The position numbers and the translations under genes were made by a program. From the NCBI GenBank assembly GCA_951406725.2, contig OX597817.1, forward strand, positions 40,920,001 to 40,984,000: a stretch of DNA of 64,000 nt, written 5' to 3'. The stretch's first letter is position 1; each line of letters starts with the position of its first letter. This document shows positions 11,904 through 25,236 of the stretch, in pieces. Below the pieces are notes generated by a model. It did no database searches. It saw only the letters and a program-made list of their open reading frames with translations, and had not been told where the DNA came from. This DNA comes from Octopus vulgaris. Lineage: Eukaryota.

Positions 11904-12018
11904 CAAAGTTGTCTACAGATATTCACTATTAAACCAACCTGAAGATGAAATTGAATCACAAGTAGAATCTGCACTGTCTTCACAAAAGCTTACTTTTGGT
12001 GACTATTCAGATGATGAG
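11904..12018 (+). CDS. SORT1: Sortilin cytoplasmic-tail exon: (H)KVVYRYSLLNQPEDEIESQVESALSSQKLTFGDYSDDE
   Basis: ttttcag|C AAA ... GAT GAG|gtaaga; 115 nt. RYSLL corresponds to the sortilin RYSVL YxxPhi motif; an acidic cluster ends the exon. Confidence 0.93.
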
Positions 12019-13382
12019 GTAAGATTTTGGCTTAATTTTTTAAGAATTATCATTATACATTGCTTAAACTATCATTTGATATCCACCAAGTTTATTACTG
12101 TTTAAGTGGTTTCTTTCTTAGATTTGATTTTGGAAATTCTGTTCAATTCCATTATATAGTTACATTCATCACCATCATCGTCTCACTTCCATTTTCCATG
12201 CTGGCATTGGTTGAATAATTTGATTGGAGCTGGCAAGGCCAGGATCAGCACCAGGGTGTATAGTCTGTTTGGCTTGGTTTCTACAGCTAGATACCCTTCC
12301 TAATGCCAACCACATTACAGTGTATATAAGGTGCTTTTTACATGGTGACAGCCCAGTTCTTTTTTGCATGGCACCATCGCCAGTGCTTCAAAACTAATCT
12401 CATTAATGGAACTACAGCCATGGATCAAGCATAAACCAAGAAAGGGCTTGGCATCTGGAGTGTTAGCAAGCACTCACTGTCCTCTGCCTGTCAAGCAATG
12501 CAGTCTGTGGAAGGGGATTAGTGGCAGCCAAGAACCATAATCTCAACTCTGGCTGTTGGGAGGGATCAATTAACTGGCTTTTCCCAGAGGACTTTTGGGC
12601 TGAAGCCTATGGATATCATCATCATCGTCGTTTAATGCCCACTTACCATGCTGGCATGGGTTTAATGGTTTAACTGAGGGCCAGTGAGCCAGAAGGCTGT
12701 ACCAGTCTCCAATCTGATCTGGCAAAGTTTCTACAGCTGGATGTCCTTCCTAACGTCAACCACTCTGAGAGTGTAGTGGGTGCTTTTACATGCCACCTGC
12801 ACAGGAGCCAGTCCAGCAGCACTGGCAACAGCCCTGCTATGTACTAGGATTAGTGTAATCAACTAGCACCCTCTCTCAAGTTTCTGATTTTGTTCCTACA
12901 ATAGAAAGGATTATTATGTTGCAGAAGTTACAGTGTTTGTGTGAGGTATGTGTGTGTGTGTGTGTGTGCATGCAATCAGTAGATTCTTTCTTCTGACTTA
13001 GAAGGAAGCAAAATCCTCCAATCATTTCAGAGTTGCTTTGCTTGGTATCTGGTGCTGAAGACAACTAAGAAGCTAGAAATTAATTTACCAGTCCTTAGGT
13101 GGTGCTTGGAACTGACTTTGGTATTTTTAACATCTTTTGTCTCAAGCAGAAAATTTTCTTCCCTGTGACAAACCACAGTGAAAATGCCTCTTTACAAGGT
13201 TAAATATGTCCCAAACATATTTGAATAGATCTAAAGTTAATTTATTAATGTACATCACTACTTCAAGTGTCACACAAACATTTTTTGCCAAACTGACATT
13301 GTTTTTACACAGATGAAATTGTATCTTTTACAACTTATTTCAACTTTTGGTTAACATATATTCTTTTTCTCTGTTTTTGCAG

Positions 13383-13397
13383 GAATTACTTCAATAA
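13383..13397 (+). CDS. SORT1: Sortilin terminal coding exon ELLQ-stop
   Basis: Long pyrimidine tract, tttttgcag|GAA TTA CTT CAA TAA. Completes SDDEELLQ, an acidic-cluster dileucine (DxxLL) motif like sortilin DSDEDLLE. Confidence 0.88.
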   Translation, partial: ELLQ

Positions 13398-14690
13398 AAG
13401 GATTTAGATTGTTCCAGAGCTGAATGCTTAAATATTCTTGAAAAAGGAAAACACTTGACTGGGATATATTCTTTGATTTAATTCTTTCCTCAAAGCCAAC
13501 ATCATTTTCATATTTCCTGCTGCTTGGAATATGCCCCAACATACAAGCCATTTACTTGAAAACATTTTGATCTCTGTTCCTATTTCCACTGTAAAAAGGC
13601 ATCTGTCACCAGTGCTTATAAATTGGACATTTTTACCTGTATTTGGCACTTGTACAAATCTGAATATTTGTTTTTCTTTTTTCTTGTGTCTATTTCGTGT
13701 TTTTTTTTTCCTTTTTTTTTCTGTTGATCTAAAAGTCTGACAGCAAATTTACCATTTTCATCAATTTCTTTTGTTTCTTTGTTAAATATCAATGTTTTGT
13801 TTTGGCTTTAGTGGACTATGGATGTAAAATATAAAAATGAAACAATAGTCGGGTGTTAATGTTATGTAATTCATAATACCTACTAATAATGTGTCTCTTG
13901 AATAAGTGTATGATTGTGTGTTTGTACAGAAATATACTAACAAACCTTTTTTTTTAATGTATGTAAATTATGTGTTTTAATTATATGGGAATGGTGAGCT
14001 TTCCTGCAATACGTTTGCTTAAACTGCTATGTATTTTATCGCTGAGATTTCTTTCTCAAACTGCACAACAGACATAATAAACTATTGTTAATCATTTTTT
14101 TTTTAAATGTTTTCCCAAGGCTTAAAACTGGTTTCTATATATTGATATTTAGGGAAATCTAATTTTAAAATTAATGAATTATTAAATTCATTTAAATATA
14201 TTTATTGAAAGAGAATGAATGAGTAATAAATGAAAGTAATTAAAACTGTTCGACTTTAGTTTCAGTTTTGGCTTTTTCCTTCTTCTTCTCTGCTCCTCCC
14301 CTCCTCCCATCACACTTTAAACACAAATATCTTTATTTCTTCCAACTTTTGTTTACTCTGTATTTATTAAATTTAAGTACTTTTTATATTATATAATTCA
14401 TAATTAATTAATAAAAAAAATTATATTTCATCAATATTATAGTATGTTTGTATTCATTGCTTTGATATTTCATGGCTGTGGCTTGTAATAATTTACAATT
14501 TCACTAAAAATTAATCCTTTTTGTTGTTATTTTTACTATTATTATATATTACTTCTCAGAGTTCTTGATCTTAATTGCTCTGGTTAAATCTGTGGGAGCA
14601 GTCAGCCTCCTATTGTCAAAGGCCTCACAGGGTCTCTTTCTGCAAATTATAAGACTTGGTACAATTACATATTATTATTATTAATTATAA
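13398..14690 (+). other. Probable sortilin 3' UTR (end uncertain; may be longer)
   Basis: About 1.3 kb of T-rich sequence with no recognisable TEs right after the stop, unlike the TE-rich introns. AATAAA occurs over the stop codon and near 14225 and 14410. Confidence 0.6.
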
Positions 14691-17093
14691 TATTAAGGCA
14701 GTGAACTGGCTGAATCGTTAGCACATTGAGCAAAATGCTTTCATCCGCCTTCATGTTCTGGGTTCAAATTTCACCAAGGTCGACTTTACTCTTCATCCTT
14801 TCAGGGTTGATAAAATAAGTACCAGTTGATCACTGATGTCAATGTAATTGATTTAATCACCTCCTCTGAAATTGCAGGCCTTGTGCCAAAATTTGAAATT
14901 ATTTTTATTATTATTTTATTCTTTTACTGGTTTCATTTATTAGGTTGTGACCATTTTGTACAACATTTCAATTTGTTTCATTTTTCTGTTTCCTAATATC
15001 ACTTTATATCCACATTCTGGTTAAGACAGCATAATTTCAAAAAATTTCTAAGACAGGATGTATATCCAGCACTGTGACATTCTGACTAATCATTTATCTG
15101 ATACAAAACTTTGGGCGGGGGGGGGGGGATGTGTTGTTTGGTTGAAGATGGCTGGTGCTTCTTACATGCAATGTCTTCTTAACCAGTCTGAAAAAAGACT
15201 ATCTAATCCTAGTAAGACTGACAATAAATAAGTAGATATTAAATATGGTACAAGCCATATAGCACAAGTCCCAACATATAATCTTGGGTAATGCATCTGT
15301 GCAGATGATGACGTGGTGATGATGACAATTGCAATCATAATAAATGAATTTATTTATTTATTATTTTTTTTTGTAAATATTTTGCTTTTTGTAATTAACA
15401 CTCTCTCTTTTGTTTCTTGATAAAATATATTCTGTTGTAATCATCAACAGTGTTATTTGTGTTAAGTTCTTGTGACATATTCCAAAATCCAGTTTTGTGC
15501 AAATTGTAGGCATTAAGTATTTAATTGACCCCAGAATGTAACCTGTGGTGGCAGTTGGACTTAGAACAATGATGTATCAAACTAGTTAGTGAAAAACATC
15601 TCAGTTGCCTCTCTTCACTTTCAACCATCACCTCTTGAACTGCTGCATTTTTTTCTTTCTTTTACTTTGCTGCTATCACCACCAACTTCTACCAAAAATA
15701 AAAGCTGTTTTAACCTAGGAAGAAAGCCAACAATTTGAGGGTGGGGTGTTGTTGCCTACATTGACCCCTAGTTTAATGACCCAGGAGTAATGAAAGGTAA
15801 AGTAGGATTTGAATTCAGAACTTGAAGTTCCAATCCTACTAAAGATCAAATTTACCTAATAGTAATTTTTTATTTATTGTAAGGGAGGGAAATAAGATTG
15901 TGTGATGATCAATGCTTTAACTTAAAAACATTAATGGAGTCAGAAAATGTTAGCCTCGACTGATAATGAAAACATTAACCCCATCAATACCACCTCTAGC
16001 TCTGTAGTACAAATGTGTTGTTTTCATAAGTTTTGAATTAAAATTTTCCACCAAACCTTAATCACAATTAATGCTCCTAACACTAGCTCAATGATAACTA
16101 AGTTATTTTACTAAATCTTTTGTTATATTTGAAAATTATTGAAAGAAACACAGAACATCCCAACAGAAATTTGCAACGAAAGGGTTAGTGTACTTTCTTG
16201 CTCTTATTCATTACTGTTTTTTTTATACTTCTACATTTTTGATACTCCAGATAAATATAATTTTATAGGCTTGTTCTAAATACACCGATCTGTATATCAA
16301 TATTATTATGTTGTTATGATAAAAAGCACTGAACCTTCTACAATACCATAGAATTAAAAAGTTCTGAAATTTGAAATGCTATCTTTAGAGGCCTTTTTTT
16401 TTAGAAGACTGATAAATTTACTGTATTATTGAATTATACCAATTAACAGTAACGTATGTAGACTGTTTACATTAGTCAGAATGGTATCGCCATCTTGTTG
16501 CTTTTATGTTTTGGCTGTGTACACTCGGGCATGGGATTGAACTCAGATGCCCATAGCTATGCTGTAGTGTAGTGGATAAAGGCACTGGTTAATGCTGTGC
16601 AGTCACCTAGGGGTTTTGAGTTCAGTCTCAAGCAAGGCACTAAGATGACTCACAAGATACTCGAAGAAGGCTGGAGTGTACCCAACTGAAATGTGGTGAT
16701 GGCAACCATCAAGATGAGGGCATCACTCCAAATAATATAAACAGTATACATAATAATTCCTTATCTCAGAAATATGAGTAATTTACTCTTTTTTTTTTCT
16801 TCTAAGGTGGATGCAGTTTCTCAAAGTATCTGTCTGAGAATATTTACTAGATTTCAGACCTCTGTGTTATCTATCATTTACTTTTGTGTGAATAATTCAT
16901 TTTAATAAATATATATTTTTTCTCTCTTTGTTTCTCTCCTTTTTTTTCTCTCCTTGTTTTTTCTGTGTCCCTCTCTGTAGAAGAGCATAGGCTCAAAACG
17001 TAAAAGAGTTTTTCTATTCCTGAGTGTTATACTAATACATCTGTTTGTTTTGTACACCACCTGTCTTCGTATTTTTTTTTCGTAAACTCTCCC

Positions 17094-17126
<33 letters not shown>

Positions 17127-17408
17127 TTAGAGACAAAACCACTATTTTGCAAAACAAACAAGGAAAGACTTAATCAATACATAAAATTTTAATAAAAAGT
17201 AAAAAAACCGCCACTACTCTAATTAATATTATATAATATTTTACTATAAAATTGGATTTAATCCTAAATCTGATTTTTTTCCCTGTAAATTAGGATTTAT
17301 TCCCTAATATTTATTATATATATATATATATATATATATAATTGAATTTGGACTTCTTCATTACTTAATCTTAAAATTTTAATTATAACAATCCTCCCAC
17401 CCCAACCC

Positions 17409-17443
<35 letters not shown>

Positions 17444-18219
17444 ATCACTAAATTTTTAACACACAGAATCTGTTATTTATTTATTTTTCCATGTGCAGTA
17501 AAAATGTTTAAATACTTTGTTATATTTATATATGTGCTGGCATTGTTAACTGTAAGGAAAAAATAAAGAGATATTTATCTCATCTTTGTTAAGAAATGAA
17601 GTGACATTTTATGAATCAGAAAAAAAAAAACCAGAAAACATAACACAGCTTTACTGTAATATTTTTCACTAGCTCAGTTGGAAAAACCTACCTCATGATC
17701 TTTTACATGATTTTAGTTTCTGCAAATATATATTTGGTTTCTCTTGTGTATTCATTTTCTCTTTTACTTTGCTGTGAAACATTCTAATGAATATAGATGC
17801 AAGTTTGGCTGTGTAGCTAAGAATTTTGATCCCACATTTTGGTAACTTGAGCAAATGTTTTTGACCATAACTTCAAACTGACTAATTCTTCGTGAGTAAA
17901 ATTTGGTAGATGGAAACTGCAGAAGCCTGCTGTGTATGATATATGTGTGTGTGTGTGTATAAAACAGGAATCTGGAAAATTTTTGGTATTATTTATTTAC
18001 CATTACATATGTTTCATTTACTTATAGGAATCACAAAATTGAACATAACATGTTAGATAAACATGTAAGAAAATTTCCTATTAGAAATTCTTCAGATAGA
18101 GAACCAAATATTACATGCCTCACATCAATACAGCAACAACAACTGCATACTGGATTGTAATATTTGAATAAGCAGATGTGCTTCAAAAGGACACTGATTG
18201 GATTTTAACTCTACCTACA

Positions 18220-18257
<38 letters not shown>

Positions 18258-18635
18258 CATCATTTAACTTCTGTGTTCCATGGATTGAACAGTTTGACAA
18301 AGATCTGATGAGTCAAAGGACTACATCCTGCTCCAGTGTCTGTTGTAGAATTTCTGTGGTTGGATGTCTTCCCTAACACCAACTGCTTTCCATTGTATAC
18401 TGGGTGGTTTTTACATGTCACTGGCACTATTGAGGTCACCATGTAGCTCGCAAACCAACAAACCCAGATAGGTAGGATGTTGCATATATGTTAGATGGAG
18501 GGTTAAAGTGTGAGGAAAGAGGTTGAAGTAATACAGGTTCTCGTAGAGGAGCTCCATTATATACACACACATGCACACATATATACATATATATATAATG
18601 TATGTTAGGGTTATTTATTGTCAATCCTAGCATAC

Positions 18636-18857
18636 AGCAGCGAGCTGGCAGAAACGTTAGCACGCCGGGTTAAATCCTTAGCGGTATTTCGTCTGCTGCT
18701 ACCTTCTGAGTTCAAATTCTGCCATGGTTGACTTTGCCTTTCATCCTTTCAGGGTCGATAGATTAAGTACCAGTTACACACTGGGGTCGATGTAATCGAC
18801 TTAATCCCTTTGTTTGTCCCTTCTATGTTTAGCCCCTTGTGGGCAATAAAGAAATAA
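18636..18857 (+). mobile_element. SINE family B (Meta/Sauria-like central domain)
   Basis: gagctggcagaaacgttagc...gagttcaaattc head and gcctttcatcctttc.gggtcgata..ttaagtaccag core. Many further copies, e.g. near 325, 10535, 14696, 22595, 37480, 45470, 54520 and 62160. Confidence 0.8.
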
Positions 18858-19692
18858 GGGTTGTTTATTGTCAAATAACAAATATTTATTGATGAGAGGA
18901 CTCATTACTGGCTCGTATTTATTAATTTTGATTAAAAAAAAAACCTATTTAAATTTATTACATACAGGGGTTGATTAACTGTGACTTCAAGTTTTTCATC
19001 TTTAAGGTTTATTCAAACTGTCAGAATAAACCCAAAAAAATAAACTTGAAGTTGCAGTCAGCTAATGTGTGTGTATGTATTTTTTGATAATGTGTAAAAA
19101 CAAAAAAAAAAAGCTGATAAACTGCTATATTCAAACAAAAATATACCTGGTAGTGATATTTATCTGTGGAACTCCAGCTGATGCCTTCTTGTCAATCTCA
19201 TAACTATAAACACAATGAGCCAGTGATTGCTTCATTGGAAATCTATAACCAATCACATTATTAAATCACAAGACACCTAATACAAAATAATTACTCTTTA
19301 ATAGAATGTGCTCTTTTAGTAATTAACATTGCACCATGCTCCTTGTTTGTTAATAGTCTTTTTATTGGCATTGTCTTTTACTTGTATCAATCATTGTACC
19401 ATGGCCATGCTGGATTTTAGCCATACTTATGATTTTTTTTTTAATCTAGTACTTATTCTGTTGGTCCCTTTTGTTGAACTATTAAGTTACAGGGACATAA
19501 ACAAACTAACAGCAGTTGTGAAACAGTATGGGGTGGGGTGACAAAGGCAGACAGATACACACACATAGACATTAATATGTATACATACATGGGATTCTAC
19601 TCAGTTTCTGTTTACCAAATCCACTCACAAAGCTTTGGTAGAAGATACTTATCCAAGATGCCAAGCAGTGGAACCAAGACCAAAGCAACATA

Positions 19693-20031
19693 CCATTTTT
19701 GATGGCCGAAAAGACACACAAGTGCATAGGATGCACCCTAACCTAGACTATACTTTTGTAAAATTAATTATCACTAAAATAACGTTTTAATTCTTCCACT
19801 TACCTATATAACTTTATGTTATTGCCAGTAATTATAAGCAATTTATTGCATCCACACTCGATATAAACATACCGTAGGCGTTGTTCACCAATAGATGGCA
19901 TAACTCGTTTCGTAAGCATACATACTGTTTTGAGTGGGTTTTGAGCCTACATTGAGTGCATTGAACACAGGGATTTTTAAAGTCATTTTGGGGTTAAAAA
20001 AAGGGGGCGTCTTATAGGCCATCAAATACAG
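19693..20031. mobile_element. Tc1/mariner-pogo-like MITE (decayed)
   Basis: TA|ccatttttgatggccgaaaagac ... gtcttataggccatcaaatacag|TA, imperfect TIRs. Confidence 0.7.
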
Positions 20032-20933
20032 TAGTTGCAAAATAACCTTCATAACCACATATTTGCTAATTTTTAATGTAATCTGTTTGTTTTTCTCTCT
20101 TTTGATGCAATATATTTATGCCCTAAGTCTTTATACTCTACTGATTAAGATATCTGCTTCAAAAGTGTCAGTTGTCTAGCTTATTGTGTTTTTGCATTTG
20201 CAGCAGGAAAGAAATGGTATTGTTTATAAATCTTAATTATGTAATTCTTAGTCAGTTGTTGATTCTATTAAGTTTTGTATTTTGGTAAAGAATTTGGGTG
20301 AGAATGCTTAATTAGAATTTTACATTTTCTGCATATATCAACAGTCAGTCTAGAATAATATATTTCTATATTTTCTACCTAAAAAGAAACTATATGATTT
20401 TACTGAGTGTGATTAATATCAAACCCATTTCTTCCAATACATCTGCCTTGTAATGTTCAAAGTGTTGTGCAAAATGAAGTCTTTCTCTGAACAGTGTTGT
20501 TATATCTTAGATAACCTCAATGCCAGGTTGTTTTATTCTGACCCCATCCTCCATTGTTTTTCTATCTTCATTATTTTTTTAAAGAAATATATTCTCTTTA
20601 AAATGTCTATCACCTAATTTCATAACACTATTACTACTACTAATAATAATGATGATAATTGATACTATGTAATAGCCCTATTGTTTTAATTACAAACTCA
20701 TAGGATGAAGCACATCAGCCGCATATTGTACATATTTGAATGAAATGCTCCTATCCAGTTAAGCTACATAAAGTATGATTCAGTTGAGCTCTGACTGAAA
20801 TAATGCTAACTATTGGGGCTTATTGTCTTCTGTGTTTTGTTGTGTCTGTGTGTCATTTAGACATTTATGTTTCATCAATTTCCTTTCGTAAATATATATT
20901 TTTCCCATCTGTCTGCTTATTATTTCTTGTATT

Positions 20934-21052
<119 letters not shown>

Positions 21053-22278
21053 GATATATATAATAATATCAAAGAGTGATAATGAGTGCTCAACACTGCA
21101 TCAGTGGATAAATATTCTTTATTTGTGGGTTAACAAGGCTGCTGTTGGTTTCATGCTGTGAGAAGTCTTAACAATTATCAGGCCTACCACATGAAACATT
21201 GGTACTTGTCTCAATCTTGAATGAAACACACACACACACATATATGAGAGAGAGAGAAAGAGAATAAGGCTGGCGAGCATAAACATTGAAATCGCTGTCA
21301 CTCTTATAAAATATGTACTCTTCAAAAGAAGTACATAGATATGTACTCTAAAAAGAATATTGAGTAATTCTTCAGCTTAATGTTAAATTGTTTTTATGAT
21401 AACTCAACATTAATATATATGTATATAATAACGTGTGTGTGTGTATATATATGTGTGTGTGTACTTCTATATAGGCACTCCTGATGCCAGAGCTCACTGA
21501 TAATTAACATGTTACAACATTCTTTCAGTATCAGAAACCCTCCCTATATTCCAAACTATCTGATTAACTCACTTTATCTATTGCAGCCACTAATACTAGA
21601 TTTAACACTAATCCACCATAACCTCATTCAGTTTGAAATTATGTATAGTGATGTTTATTTCTTCTTCAAAAATACTCCTAGTAAAACAAACAAACAAGTA
21701 TAGACAATGTTATCCTGAAATATCTTTTTTTATAAGTGATTACAGCAAATGATTCACCATTTTTAACCTACATTACACTTTGGAAAGAAATGCAAATCAT
21801 TGAACAAAGTTATAAGAAATGTCTGTAGATTTTTTCTTTTTTTCTTGGATTCTGCTTGTGTTATTGGTCTGGACTAAATAGAAAAGTGATTACTTTGAAG
21901 AATCACTAGTCTCAGAATATTTGTGGCTATGTAATAAACAGAATGATTGTATATTATTGTTCCAGGAAAGCAGTTATTTCCGTTTCTTCTTTGTATCTGT
22001 CTCTCCAAACCTGAACCTACCTTTACTCAAGATCTTTATATTTAGTTTTGTCAACTAATGTCTGTATAAAACTCTTAGTAATATGTTTTAGAGCATTTTT
22101 ATTTTAATTATTTTACCAATTTTGGTAATTGTGGTAGGGTATATAATGTGTACATTAATTTCTTAACTGATTTTTTTTTCTTTTTTTTTTTTGAGGGTTT
22201 CTTCTTAATTTGTATTTTACAATAAAAGATAAATGAACAAAGAATTGTGTTGCTTACGCTTATTGGCTGACATTTTAA

Positions 22279-22482
22279 CCCTTTCGTTACTGTATTTATT
22301 TTGAGATGCTCTGTGCTTCTTTCAGTTACTTTAAATATAACAAAAAATTTAGTAAAATAACTTAGTGTTAGGAACATAAATTGTGTCTAAGGTTTGGTGG
22401 GAATTTTAGTTCAAAACTTTTGAAAACAAGACATTTGTACTCAGACCCAGAGCCGGTTTCAGCCAGGTTGATAACGAAAGGG
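22279..22482. mobile_element. piggyBac-like MITE
   Basis: TTAA|CCCTTTCGTTA ... TAACGAAAGGG|TTAA. A decayed inverted copy lies at about 15975-16187. Confidence 0.88.
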
Positions 22483-23389
22483 TTAACTGCCACTAAACAA
22501 TGTTTTGGAGACCCATGGATTTGAATCAAATAGAATGATGCATGAAATTTCATTTTCTTTTTTCAAAGGCTTGAGTTAGCTTTTTAATAGAAGATGGTGA
22601 GCTGGTAGAATCATTAGCAAGTCAGGCAAAATGTTTAGCAGCACTTCTGACTCTTTATGTACCAAGCCTGACTTTGCCCTTCATCCTTTCAAGATCAGTA
22701 AAATAAGTATCAATGGAACATTGGGGGGTCAATGTATTGGATTTATCCCCTTCCCTTCAAATTACTGGCCTCGTACCAAAATTTGATGCCATTTAGCTAT
22801 TCAGCAAACCCAAATTGAAGTTTTGGAAATATTTAACTCGGATGGACATAAACTTCCCATTGTTATTATAGTCTTTTTTCAATATATATATATATATATA
22901 TATACACATACTCTTTTACTTGTTTCAGTCATTTGAGTGTGGCCATGCTGGAGCACAGCCTTTAGTCGAGCAAATCAACCCCAGGACTTATTCTTTGTAA
23001 GCCTAGTACTTATTCTATCGATCTCTTTTGCTGAACCGCTAACTTGAAACTTGAAACCACATGGTTGGAAAGCAAACTTCTTAACCACACAGCTATACTG
23101 TTGTTGCAGTATGATATTGTTCTGAACAATCTTGGCTCTTTACCATTTAATCTGGTTATGTCTGGCCTATGTAGTTTTGCGTTCAAAACAGCCAGATTCA
23201 GCTTTACAATGCCATTCTAAAAATAAATAACCACATCATAGAAATCTCAAAGCCAAGTATTACGCTTGACAGGATAATCTGAATGGTAAAGGGTTAAGCC
23301 AACCACATAGGGGCACTAAATGCGCCACTCAGTCTATTCTAACAGTCTTATCATGGGTGCTGAGTACTTAAAACGGTGTTTACTCGGTT

Positions 23390-23750
23390 ACTTGTGTAAG
23401 TCATTTTGAATGTGGCCATGCTGGAGCACCACCTTTAGTCGAGCAAATCAACCCCAGGACTTATTCTTTGTAAGAATATTAACTTATTCTATCAGTCTCT
23501 TTTGCCGAACTGCTAAGTTATGGGGATGCAAATGCACCAGCATCGATTGTCAAGTGATGTTGGGGAGGACAAACACAGACACATGAACATACACACACAC
23601 ATATATGATGGACGTCTTTCAGTTTCCGTCTACCAAATCCACTCACAAGGCTTTGGTTGGCCCAAGACTATAGTAGAAGACACTGGGCCAAGATGCCACA
23701 CAGTGGGACTGAACCTGGAACTATGTGGTTGGTAAGCAAGCTACTTACCT
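23390..23750 (-). mobile_element. SINE family A
   Basis: Matches the other copies in the window. Confidence 0.8.
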
Positions 23751-24886
23751 GTTTATATAAAGCAATGGCTCTGGTTCTCTACCACGTTTTATCTATGGAT
23801 CCCTTTGATTACTATTTTAATCTGGTGAACTACCATAGCCATTTGATGTTTAAAAACTAGTTTTATAGATTCATCTTTCAAAATTCCTATTTTGTTTTTC
23901 ACACATTCACTTGTGTAAGCTGAACTATGTAAAACATCAGAGAAAGGAACATAACTGTGTTTTTGCAATAAATACGTCTAAAGCTAGATTTTTTCATAGA
24001 TCCATAAAATATTACTGTGGGCTCAATTTACTAATTTGCTTATGTAGACCCCCTAAATCTTATAGACCCCAGTTCAAAATCCCTGATATAAGTGTTTGTG
24101 CTCTGGTCAGAGAAAGACAGTGAACTATTTTGATTCAAAGCAGATCAACTATGTCAATGATAAATGGCCCTTCATAAAGGATCAACTATTCATATTCTAT
24201 CATTGTTCTAAATCATCATCATTTACATGGAATTCAATGAGGCAGATTTTCTACAGCCAGATGCCCTTCTGGTCACCAACCTTCACCTGCTTCCAAGCAA
24301 GGCAATAAATATATTCCCATGGCCAGACATGTTATAATAAAAGATTGGTAACATGACAGAGATGCTCCTTACAATTATTGTGCAATGTCAAGACAAAAAA
24401 AAACACACACTAATAATATATTGCCAACCTCCCCTGGCACCTATGCTGGTGGCACATAAAAAGCACCCACTACACTCACGGAGTGGTTGGCATTAGGAAA
24501 GGCATCCAGCTGCAGAAACACTGCCAGATCAGACTGGAGCCTGGTGCAGACCCCGGTCGAACCATCCAGCCCATGCTAGCATGGAAAACAGACGTTAAGC
24601 GATGATGATGAGACAAATGTATCATTTTCACTGTAGGTCAGGTTCAGTGGTTAGGCAGGAACTGACAAGCCAGAGAGCTGTGCTTAAGCTCCAATGTCTG
24701 CTTTGGCATGATTTCTGCAGCTAGATGCCTTTCCTAACACTAACCACTTTACAGAATATATACTGGATGCTTTCTCTCATGGCACCAGCACTGATGAGAT
24801 TCCCAAGTACTTGCAAGACAAGATCTCCCACCGAGTGGAGTATAGTACTGAGGGATATGAAAATATGATAAAGGGACAAGAGCAGG

Positions 24887-25236
24887 TGTAGTTCAAGTTA
24901 GTTGTATGAGACAGATGTTGACCCGTTAAGGTTAGTGTTGTGAAAGTTTCAAACATCAACTTCTGCCTGAGTCTGAGGCATGTTCGAAAGTAAAAGTTAA
25001 GTGAGTTGCATTAAAGACATCAAGCAGTCCACTGCATATTTTCCATGCTCTATCAAGAGAGAGAGAGAGAGAGCAGTTGGAAAATAGGTAGTGGACAGTT
25101 CAACATCTTTGCTGCAACTGACTTAATTTTTACTTTTGAACATGCCTCTGACTTGGGCAGAAGTTAATGTTTGAAACTTTCGCAACATTAACCTTAATGG
25201 GTCAGCATCTGTCTCAAACGACTAACTCAATCTACA
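24887..25236. repeat. Inverted repeat / foldback MITE, ~125-bp arms
   Basis: 24887-25010 is an imperfect reverse complement of 25113-25236. Confidence 0.85.

Noticed and set aside
12982-13040. Alternative last exon for sortilin (KEAKSSNHFRVALLGIWC-stop)
   Set aside because: Weaker acceptor than 13383, and it would lose the conserved DxxLL motif; nothing supports it.
19147-19203. Possible 57-nt minus-strand exon (YEIDKKASAGVPQINITT)
   Set aside because: Weak pyrimidine tract, isolated and without homology; consistent with chance.
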